A stretch of DNA of 32,000 nt, from assembly GCF_003966335.1 (NCBI RefSeq), contig NZ_CP034549.1:990001-1022000 (forward strand), read 5' to 3'. This stretch comes from Nonlabens ponticola (GTDB taxonomy: Bacteria > Bacteroidota > Bacteroidia > Flavobacteriales > Flavobacteriaceae). Position numbers and translations under genes: made by a program. Positions 24,854 to 32,000 of this stretch are shown here, in pieces; position 1 is the stretch's first letter; every line of letters starts with the position of its first letter. The notes beneath the pieces are model-generated. The model was not told the origin of the DNA. It saw only the letters and a list, made by a program, of their open reading frames with translations, and searched no databases.

Positions 24854-26365
24854 TTATTTGATACTCAAATTTTCACTGAAGATTGCTACGGTAGAATTAA
24901 CAACGTTTCCACCACCATCTGTATTTCCCGTGATACGTTGAAGATATAATTCGATATAATCTCCAGGTTTTAAGGTAACTATAGTGTTAAGCGCTACATT
25001 CTGGATATCTGATGGGTTATCGACCCTGAAAATTGAATTTGATTCGGTAACAACTTCGTCGTTTACGGCAACCAAGAAGCCGTAGAACTCGCCAGTTTGA
25101 TTTACACGTACTGATAACGAGGCATTTAATTGAAAATTTCTGGTTTTGATACCTTCATAGACAAGTCTGTTGTCAGTTGGATAAGCAAATCTGAAAAGAT
25201 TGTTGGATTCCGTTGTATAGGCTGTTGATGTGCTAGTCAACTTTTTTGGTATGCCAACGTCTGCCGCAGAACAAGTGAAAGCATAGCCGTTAGTAACACC
25301 ACCATCATAGTAATAGTTACCACTAGCAACATCATCACTCTCCATATTAATACCTGGCGAATCTACCGTCCAGAAATTGCGGAAGTTATATCCTGGATAA
25401 GTTCCAGCCCCAACTGCTCTTTCTCCAGCACCTAGAAAAACACATCCTTCTAATACCGCACTACCAGCAACGCCAGTAACTCCAGTCACATCAAAACCTG
25501 TATTACCTGCAACGACATTCATAAAACCAGATTGTTTCTGGATTAATTGAAAGGCACCTGTAATCGTTTCATAAGTGCCTACATTGTTTTCTAACCATCC
25601 TGTAGCGTTAAGCAATAAATAACCACCGCTATTATATGACACTCCTTGCTGACAATTTTGATACTGTACCACATCAAAAAACACAAGACCATAACCATCA
25701 ACTTCACCTACATCGTTCATACCATTGATGATTACACTTTGAAGTACGAGATTTTGCGGTGTGGAGCCTAAAGATCCGGTGGCATCAAGATCAAAAGCTT
25801 TTGCGGTGCCTACAAAGGACTTGTCCACAGGATTTATTTTGCGGGATAAAGATAGATTTCTCACAGTACCACCGGTCGCTCCCTTAAATATCGGCTTGCT
25901 TTCTGAGTCTGCAAACAGCACATCCTTTTGCGCAAAACGACCATAAATAGTCGCATTATTCATGTCAATACTATTCGTTAAGGGTATAAAACCACTTATC
26001 TCATAAGAAAGATTTTCATCAAGTGTGATGACGCCATCTACAGGGTCTGGAAAATCACTTTCTTTTTCAATTAATACGGTGGTCTTGCGTTGCTGCTCAT
26101 CGCTCTCAACATTGTTCCAATCGCCGTCAAAGTAACTGAATTGATTAAGATCCTTATTATAAGTCAATAGACCTTCAGCCGGATTTGTGATAGCGTCAAT
26201 CTGCGCCTGTGTCATTCTAGGAATCAAAACTCCCGAAGTGTCAGATGCAATTTCGAGTGCTGCGGATGCGTGTGGATCTGCCGTGTTAATACCAACTTGT
26301 GCAGATGCTATGGCGCCAAGTAATAGAAATAAAAATGTAGAGTAGTAAGTGTAAAAAGTCTTCAT
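24854..26365 (-). CDS. Secreted protein of unknown function sharing an N-terminal module with the tail-fibre-like protein at 28246-29481
   Basis: I prefer the ATG at 26365, giving signal peptide MKTFYTYYSTFLFLLLGAIASA-QVGINT, over the TTG at 26443. N-module: AQVGINTADPHASAALEIASDTSGVLIPRMTQAQIDAITNPAEGLLTYN...YFDGDWN. The remainder is Gly/Asn/Val-rich and looks beta-rich. Confidence 0.75.
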   Translation of the reverse strand: MKTFYTYYSTFLFLLLGAIASAQVGINTADPHASAALEIASDTSGVLIPRMTQAQIDAITNPAEGLLTYNKDLNQFSYFDGDWNNVESDEQQRKTTVLIEKESDFPDPVDGVITLDENLSYEISGFIPLTNSIDMNNATIYGRFAQKDVLFADSESKPIFKGATGGTVRNLSLSRKINPVDKSFVGTAKAFDLDATGSLGSTPQNLVLQSVIINGMNDVGEVDGYGLVFFDVVQYQNCQQGVSYNSGGYLLLNATGWLENNVGTYETITGAFQLIQKQSGFMNVVAGNTGFDVTGVTGVAGSAVLEGCVFLGAGERAVGAGTYPGYNFRNFWTVDSPGINMESDDVASGNYYYDGGVTNGYAFTCSAADVGIPKKLTSTSTAYTTESNNLFRFAYPTDNRLVYEGIKTRNFQLNASLSVRVNQTGEFYGFLVAVNDEVVTESNSIFRVDNPSDIQNVALNTIVTLKPGDYIELYLQRITGNTDGGGNVVNSTVAIFSENLSIK

Positions 26366-26669
26366 GTACTGTGATCTTAGATTCCAAAAGTACAGGCATA
26401 TCAAAGTGACAAAAACTCTATTAACATGTTGTTTGTAGTACAAAAACAGCTCTTAGTCGATAAAACTGTTTTACTAATCACATTAAACAATTGGCGTACA
26501 GCGTCTTACAATATTCACGCTAGGTAGAAGAGTGATATGATCCAGATTTGCATTTGTGATTTCCTTAACTCACTTAATCTATGAAAAGTGCTTTTAAACT
26601 TTTCAATGAATGGTTGTTAAAAGTAAATGGAAGATAAAAGTGAACAAAAGCATGCATTTGGTACTATTG

Positions 26670-26700
26670 AAAAAGCCAAAATACAATTGTATTCTGGCTT
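26670..26700 (-). terminator. Rho-independent terminator of metK
   Basis: The minus-strand RNA is AGCCAGAAUAC-AAUU-GUAUUUUGGCU followed by UUUU(U). This is an 11-bp stem with one G-U pair. It lies about 47 nt downstream of the metK stop. Confidence 0.7.
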
Positions 26701-26746
26701 TAAATTTAATGCTAGCTTTTACAACAATAGCAAAGATTTCATCTAT

Positions 26747-28003
26747 CTAGATTGAGAATCGTTCCTTGACCTTTTCTACAAAGTCTAACTTTTCCCATGT
26801 GAACAATTCCACCTCTTTGGTCACCTTACCATTGTATGGCGATTCAAAAACCTTAGTCATGGTACGTGGCTCGCGACCCATGTGACCATAGGCGGCTGTA
26901 TCTCTATAGATAGGATTGCGCAGTTTTAATCTTTTCTCAATGGCGGCTGGACGCATGTCAAACAGTTCTGCGACGTGCTTTGAGATCTCACCATCAGTCA
27001 TATCAACAGTAGAAGTTCCATAGGTATCTACAAGAATCGATGTAGGTTCTACAACGCCAATGGCATAGGATACTTGCACGAGTACTTCGCTGGCCAGTCC
27101 AGCAGCAACAAGATTCTTCGCAACGTGTCTCGCCGCATAAGCTGCGCTGCGATCCACCTTAGATGGGTCTTTTCCTGAAAAAGCGCCACCACCGTGCGCT
27201 CCTTTACCACCGTAAGTGTCAACAATAATCTTGCGACCAGTTAGACCAGTGTCGCCGTGAGGTCCACCAATTACAAACTTGCCCGTAGGATTGATGTGGT
27301 AGGTAATCTCATCGTTAAACAAGTTCTGCGCATATTCTGGTAGTTGATCTTTTACTCTTGGGATAAGTATCTCCACCAAATCCTTTTTAATCTGCGCCAG
27401 CATCGCATCATCATCCTCATTAAATGGATCGTGCTGTGTTGAGATAACAATCGCATCAATTCGCTGCGGTAGGTTATCATCACTGTATTCAATGGTAACT
27501 TGGGATTTTGCATCTGGACGCAAATAAGTGATGGCATCATTCTCACGACGCAGTTTTGCCAGCTCAATCAATATCTTATGAGAAATATCAAGTGCCAGCG
27601 GCATGTAATTATCGGTCTCGCTAGTCGCATAGCCAAACATCATTCCTTGATCACCAGCGCCTTGCTCTTCTTTACTCTCGCGATCAACACCTTGATTGAT
27701 GTCTTGCGACTGCTCGTGAATCAAAGAAATAACACCGCAAGAATCACCAGAAAACTGGTATTCACCTTTAGTATATCCTATCTCGTTGATGATTTCACGG
27801 GCTATGTTTTGGACGTCTAGATAAGTGTCCGATTTCACTTCACCAGCAAGGACGACTTGTCCAGTTGTTACTAGCGTCTCACACGCGACCTTGGATTCTG
27901 GATCAAAAGCTAGAAAATTATCGAGCAGCGCGTCACTTATTTGGTCGGCTACTTTGTCTGGGTGACCTTCACTTACAGACTCTGATGTAAAAAGATATGG
28001 CAT
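26747..28003 (-). CDS. metK: S-adenosylmethionine synthetase
   Basis: 418 aa. [28 protein letters not shown]..., [33 protein letters not shown] and [19 protein letters not shown] are the canonical MetK motifs. Confidence 0.97.
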   Translation of the reverse strand: MPYLFTSESVSEGHPDKVADQISDALLDNFLAFDPESKVACETLVTTGQVVLAGEVKSDTYLDVQNIAREIINEIGYTKGEYQFSGDSCGVISLIHEQSQDINQGVDRESKEEQGAGDQGMMFGYATSETDNYMPLALDISHKILIELAKLRRENDAITYLRPDAKSQVTIEYSDDNLPQRIDAIVISTQHDPFNEDDDAMLAQIKKDLVEILIPRVKDQLPEYAQNLFNDEITYHINPTGKFVIGGPHGDTGLTGRKIIVDTYGGKGAHGGGAFSGKDPSKVDRSAAYAARHVAKNLVAAGLASEVLVQVSYAIGVVEPTSILVDTYGTSTVDMTDGEISKHVAELFDMRPAAIEKRLKLRNPIYRDTAAYGHMGREPRTMTKVFESPYNGKVTKEVELFTWEKLDFVEKVKERFSI

Positions 28004-28014
28004 GTTTTAATTAC

Positions 28015-28028
28015 GCTTTCGCGAAAGC
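28015..28028. repeat. Iterated palindrome, copy 11 nt upstream of the metK start codon
   Basis: Perfect copy with the full conserved flanks TTAC...GGAAT. It is intergenic. Confidence 0.95.
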
Positions 28029-28218
28029 GGAATCATCTTCAAACGCTATCGCACTATTATAAAATTGAAAAGGTAAAGAAAGACTGTGCAAGAAATACAT
28101 CTGTTTTAGCATTTGTGTTTCTAGTAAAAGAAACGAGGTTGCAAGCAGTCAAATCAATCCTCAATGATGCAAATGTAAGCATAATCGCCACCTATAAAGT
28201 TTCGTCTAATAGATTTTC

Positions 28219-28245
28219 AAAATATCAATAGTCTAGGCATTGATA
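28219..28245 (-). terminator. Weak candidate terminator after the tail-fibre-like gene
   Basis: The minus-strand hairpin is UAUCAAU-(9 nt)-AUUGAUA followed by UUUU, immediately after the TAG stop. The stem is AT-rich and only 7 bp, so support is weak. Confidence 0.3.
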
Positions 28246-29481
28246 CTATGGTCTGGCTTCAAGAGCTTCAATCCTTTTCTGTTGTTCTTTAATCGCATTA
28301 ACCAGTATAGGGATGAGAGCGGTATAATCGACTGATAGTGTTTGCTCATCGTCATTACCCGTATGAACTACCTCAGGAAGGTCTTCTAACAAGTCTTGCG
28401 CCATGAATCCGTATTGCTCGCGCTCGCTGGCATCAGTTTTATAATTGTAACTGTAAGTCTTAAGCTTGAGAATCGTTTCAAGACCAAGTGATAGATCATT
28501 AATGTTTTCTTTTTTACGTCTATCACTTACCTGAGTTGCGTTCTGAAAGTAAAGAGTTCTCCACGGTCTGTCTGATCTACCTAAATCTTTAGTGTTTTGA
28601 ATGGGGAAAAAGGCAAAATCAGTTAAGTGATAATCAACTTCTGATCCACCAGAAGGTCCTATGTTGATTCTCAGGCCACCATCTGCACCAGGGTCATTGG
28701 AGTGAACACCTTTAGTGTACACACGACGGAAATGTCTATCAGACCTACCAATATCATAAACACCATCTGTAGAAGAGAAGTTATTTGCGGCATCTATGCG
28801 TGGTAACAAATTGCTTTCTTCAAAATATAGTCGTCTTGAATTACCAAAGGCCATGCTTATTGTACCATTTATGTCAGTATGTTGCATATCAAAGAAGCTG
28901 CCATTGTTTATCATGTTGAAATCAAAGGAGGCAAAATCCAAACTTATACCATCACTTCCAGCTTCCGTTTTAAGAACCAGCGCTCTATTAGGATTTGTTA
29001 CACCAGTACCTATCCCTATATTTCCATTTGCTGCTACTCGTATTCTTTCAATTGCGTTAGTTGCAATTGAAAGGCCTGCATTGTCACTGGTTCCAATGTA
29101 ATTATTAGTATCAGCGCCAGGCGTTGTACCTGCGTTCCCATTTCTTGACCAATCATTGTTTGCTCCTGTTTGTGCCGCGTTGTCCCTACTTGTGGTCAAT
29201 CTGCTCCAGCCTGTACCATTCCAATAATGATAACCAGTTCCTGTAATGCCATTAGTATTGTAAACTAATAGACTTTCTTCAATGGTTCCTTCTATTGGAT
29301 TTTGACTATCAAGATCGGGAATATCTATTCTAGGAATCATGATTCCCTTATTTCCATCAACGGAATGCACATCCAGCATACTGGCACTATTAGGATCAAT
29401 GGTACCTATGCCCACTTGAGCAAACAGTCCGGTTGTTGAAAAAAGGAGAGAGAAAATAATATAGCGTAAAGCATTATTCAT
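28246..29481 (-). CDS. Secreted tail-fibre-domain protein with C-terminal peptidase S74 / intramolecular-chaperone autoprocessing domain
   Basis: 411 aa with a signal peptide. The N-module is shared with 24854-26365. Tail-fibre-like repeats are present (NDWSRNGNAGT..NYIGTSDNAGL, GRSDRHFRRVY, GRSDRPWRTLY). The last 93 aa (28249-28527) begin SDRRKKENI and continue ...YSYNYK...GFMAQDL....VDYTALIPILVNAIKEQQKRIEALE. This matches the endosialidase-chaperone-type domain. Confidence 0.8.
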   Translation of the reverse strand: MNNALRYIIFSLLFSTTGLFAQVGIGTIDPNSASMLDVHSVDGNKGIMIPRIDIPDLDSQNPIEGTIEESLLVYNTNGITGTGYHYWNGTGWSRLTTSRDNAAQTGANNDWSRNGNAGTTPGADTNNYIGTSDNAGLSIATNAIERIRVAANGNIGIGTGVTNPNRALVLKTEAGSDGISLDFASFDFNMINNGSFFDMQHTDINGTISMAFGNSRRLYFEESNLLPRIDAANNFSSTDGVYDIGRSDRHFRRVYTKGVHSNDPGADGGLRINIGPSGGSEVDYHLTDFAFFPIQNTKDLGRSDRPWRTLYFQNATQVSDRRKKENINDLSLGLETILKLKTYSYNYKTDASEREQYGFMAQDLLEDLPEVVHTGNDDEQTLSVDYTALIPILVNAIKEQQKRIEALEARP

Positions 29482-29856
29482 AAATCATCGTATTGGTTCA
29501 TCTATACTAACGGTGTTTTATCTAACTAGGTTTCAATAACATAGGTTAATGTGTTATAATTAACAGGTGTAATCACACATATTGTGTTTAATCCTGTAAT
29601 TGAGCTCTTTGTCGGTTATTAAATTTTATAATACGTTAAGGCGTAACAAATGTGGAGAAATGCATGGATGTGTGTTAAATAAAGCAAAACTTTTAATACT
29701 AAAACATATTAGTTATACTATATCTTTGATCTAAATAGCTTTATTTCAATTAGTTGCGTTAATCCTACTAATTTACTAGGAATTAAACTAAAAATAATTT
29801 GGTCACGTCATTTTTGTTTTTGAATATTTGTACTCGACGTTCATAACCATATTGAA

Positions 29857-29971
29857 ATTATCAAGAAAGGACGAGGGAACAGACCCATCGACTCCTTAGC
29901 AACCCTTCATTTTTGTCGACATTAAATGAAGAAGGTGCTAATTTCTGCCACGCAAGTGGACCAGATGATAC
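29857..29971 (+). promoter_or_regulatory. SAM-I (S-box) riboswitch upstream of metY-metX
   Basis: The sequence is TTATCAAGAAAGGACGAGGGAACAGACCCATCGACTCCTTAGCAACC..CTTCATTT...AAATGAAGAAGGTGCTAATTTCTGCCACGCAAGTGGACCAGATGATA. It carries the conserved S-box core: P1 TATCA/TGATA, GAGGGA, GACCC, GCAACC, GGTGCTAA, and helices P3 (CTTCATTT/AAATGAAG) and P4 (CCAC-GCAA-GTGG). It lies 123 nt upstream of the methionine-biosynthesis ORF. A T-run at 30001-30010 may belong to the expression platform. Confidence 0.88.
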
Positions 29972-30094
29972 TCATGTAAGTAGGTTATACTACCACACAG
30001 TTTCTTTTTTGATGTTATCTCACCACACTGGTGCGGCAACTCTGTATTTCAAACCGATTATGGACATTATTTATTGATGTTTAAAAGAAACAAC

Positions 30095-31387
30095 ATGTCA
30101 ACTTCAAATTTTGCAACCCAGTCATTACACACAGGTCATGACTTCAAAAACAACGGTGGTACAAGAGCAGTGCCGCTCTATCAATCCACTAGCTATGTGT
30201 TCAACAACAGCGATCACGCAGCAAATCTGTTCTCGCTCGCCGAGCCTGGTTTTATCTACACCAGGATCAATAACCCAACGGTAGATGTGCTGGAACAGCG
30301 ACTCACCGCTCTAGAAGGTGGTCTTGCAGCCGTGGCAACCGCCTCGGGAACCAGCGCCATTTCAACAACGCTACTTACCTTATTGCGTGCTGGCGATCAT
30401 ATCGTCGCTAGTAATTCGCTCTATGGCGGTACTTATAACTTGCTTTCGGTGACACTTCCTAGATTGGGTATCACGACCACATTTGTCAATCCTAATGATG
30501 ATGACGCTTTCGCGAAAGCGGTACAAGAAAACACCAGAGCCATATTTGTAGAGTCTCTAGGTAATCCCAAACTTGATGTGTTAGATCTCAAAAAAATCAG
30601 TGTACAAGCCAAAGATGCCAAAGTGCCATTGATCGTAGATAATACAGTCGCCACACCTTACTTACTCAATCCTATTGAGCACGGCGCAAACATCGTCATT
30701 CATTCATTGACCAAGTATATCAACGGTAACGGTACAGCTCTAGGCGGCATCATCATCGACGCAGGAACCTTTGATTGGACAAACGGCAAATTCCCAGAAT
30801 TTACAGAGCCATCGCCAGGATACCATGGTCTGGTTTACAGCGAAGCGCTGGAAGCTGCTGCCTTTATTGCCAAAGTGCGAATAGAAGGCCTGCGTGATCT
30901 AGGTGGTGCGATATCACCGTTCAATGCATGGCAAATCATTCAAGGTTTAGAAACCCTACAATTGCGTATTGAAAAGCACAGTCAAAGCGCACTGGAATTA
31001 GCTAAATGGCTACAAACTCAAGAACAAGTAGAATGGGTCAACTATCCAGGATTAGAGTCCAGCGATTACTACGATCTGGCAAAAAAATATCTGCCTAAAG
31101 GACAAAGTGGTATCGTTACTTTTGGAGTAAAAGGTGGTTATGAAAGTGCCAAAAAAGTAGTCGACAGCGCTCAGGTATTCTCTTTGCTAGCCAACATAGG
31201 CGATACAAAATCCTTGATCATTCACCCAGCAAGCACCACGCACCAGCAGCTTAAGGACGAAGATCAGCTTAGTACTGGTGTGACAAAGGATTTGATCAGA
31301 CTATCCGTTGGTCTTGAAGATATAGAGGATTTGAAACAAGATCTCGTCAACGCATTTGCAGCCATCAAATCTGGAGTTACCGCCTAG
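30095..31387 (+). CDS. metY: O-acetylhomoserine aminocarboxypropyltransferase/sulfhydrylase (PLP-dependent, Cys/Met metabolism family)
   Basis: MSTSNFATQSLHTGH...RAVPLYQSTSYVF...YTRINNPT...HSLTKYINGNGTALGGIIID (PLP lysine)...SLIIHPASTTHQQL. I prefer the ATG at 30095. The ORF track begins at TTG 30074/ATG 30077, which cannot be excluded. Confidence 0.9.
   Translation: MSTSNFATQSLHTGHDFKNNGGTRAVPLYQSTSYVFNNSDHAANLFSLAEPGFIYTRINNPTVDVLEQRLTALEGGLAAVATASGTSAISTTLLTLLRAGDHIVASNSLYGGTYNLLSVTLPRLGITTTFVNPNDDDAFAKAVQENTRAIFVESLGNPKLDVLDLKKISVQAKDAKVPLIVDNTVATPYLLNPIEHGANIVIHSLTKYINGNGTALGGIIIDAGTFDWTNGKFPEFTEPSPGYHGLVYSEALEAAAFIAKVRIEGLRDLGGAISPFNAWQIIQGLETLQLRIEKHSQSALELAKWLQTQEQVEWVNYPGLESSDYYDLAKKYLPKGQSGIVTFGVKGGYESAKKVVDSAQVFSLLANIGDTKSLIIHPASTTHQQLKDEDQLSTGVTKDLIRLSVGLEDIEDLKQDLVNAFAAIKSGVTA
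30506..30519. repeat. Iterated palindrome, copy inside metY
   Basis: Perfect copy covering codons 138-142 (from ATG 30095), A-F-A-K-A (DDDAFAKAVQE). Confidence 0.95.
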
Positions 31388-32000
31388 ATGTCAGTAAATC
31401 TTGAGACATATCAAATTCCAGATTTTGAATCGATCTCTGGTATCAAACAGGACGTCCATCTTACCTATAGAATATACGGGTGCGCGCTACACAGCGCACC
31501 CATAATTCTGGTCAATCACGCGCTCACAGGTAATTCTGATCTGGAAAGCTGGTGGTTTGAGATGGTAGGACCTGACAAACCGCTAGATACCAATCGCTTC
31601 ACTTTACTAACAATTGATTTGCCTGGTAATGGTCATGATCGCGATGTAGATCATCTGGTTTACAATTACAAAGACTGGAACTTAGGCGATGTGGCGAGAG
31701 CATTTGTACGATTGTTTGAGCATCTTGGGATTCGGCAATTTCACTTAGGAATAGGCGGCAGCATAGGTGGCGCATTGCTTTGGGAACTGCTAGCTATCGA
31801 GCCTAGTTTATTTAAGACTATCGTGCCTATCGCGGCAGACTGGAAAGCTACCGACTGGTTGATCGCCTGTTGCTATGTGCAAGAGCAAATCTTGTCAACA
31901 TCCAGCGCACCACTTGAGACGGCAAGAAAGCATGCCATGACTTTTTATAGATCGCCGCAAAGTTTAAAGCACAAATTTCAGCGAGCTCAAGTCAATGATC
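31388..32000 (+). CDS. metX: Homoserine O-acetyltransferase, 5' fragment (continues past the right edge)
   Basis: The ATG directly follows the metY stop (TAGATG). I translated the frame by eye and it stays open to the window end. MSVNLETYQIPDFESISG...ILVNHALTGNSD...IGGSIGGALLWE (GxSxG nucleophile elbow) is typical of MetX-type alpha/beta hydrolases. Confidence 0.85.
   Translation, partial: MSVNLETYQIPDFESISGIKQDVHLTYRIYGCALHSAPIILVNHALTGNSDLESWWFEMVGPDKPLDTNRFTLLTIDLPGNGHDRDVDHLVYNYKDWNLGDVARAFVRLFEHLGIRQFHLGIGGSIGGALLWELLAIEPSLFKTIVPIAADWKATDWLIACCYVQEQILSTSSAPLETARKHAMTFYRSPQSLKHKFQRAQVND

Noticed and set aside
26366-26443. TTG-initiated 26-codon extension of the secreted protein ORF (MYYKQHVNRVFVTLICLYFWNLRSQY...).
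   Set aside because: The internal ATG at 26365 yields a canonical signal peptide directly followed by the conserved AQVGI module, matching the paralogue at 29481.

Overview
The window looks like a Flavobacteriia-type (Bacteroidota) chromosome segment: it has SusC/SusD pairs, lipoprotein signal peptides and no Shine-Dalgarno signals. About 27 genes fall into three blocks. (1) Positions 1-14.0 kb hold a starch/maltodextrin utilisation locus. A susC-like gene runs off the left edge. Divergent from it are a LacI-family regulator and a tightly packed operon: MFS sugar transporter, beta-phosphoglucomutase, GH65 maltose phosphorylase, GH97 alpha-glucosidase and three GH13 enzymes. The operon ends at a strong bidirectional terminator. 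(2) Positions 14.3-24.9 kb hold a same-strand cluster built around an ArsS-type radical SAM/Cys-rich enzyme. It includes an AhpD-like partner and a DUF2064/TIGR04282-like transferase. A SusC/SusD pair with no glycoside hydrolase interrupts it. It continues with an SSS-family transporter, a metallophosphoesterase-fold protein with degenerate metal motifs, a secreted rhodanese and a small membrane protein. (3) Positions 24.9-32 kb hold metK flanked by two secreted tail-fibre-like paralogues, then a SAM-I riboswitch controlling metY-metX. The most unusual signal spans all three blocks. The perfect 14-nt palindrome GCTTTCGCGAAAGC occurs 9 times, plus 2 one-mismatch copies, in both intergenic DNA and unrelated genes. 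Every perfect coding copy is read in the same phase with identical codons (A-F-A-K-A). Three of these supply the AXA site of signal peptides, and six of the eleven copies lie within 45 nt of a start codon. Other structured non-coding DNA includes a 124-bp-period composite hairpin repeat between the AhpD-like and radical SAM genes, and six exact-period GATTNNN heptads plus a 14-bp inverted repeat after susD. No transposase, integrase, CRISPR array, tRNA or rRNA was seen.
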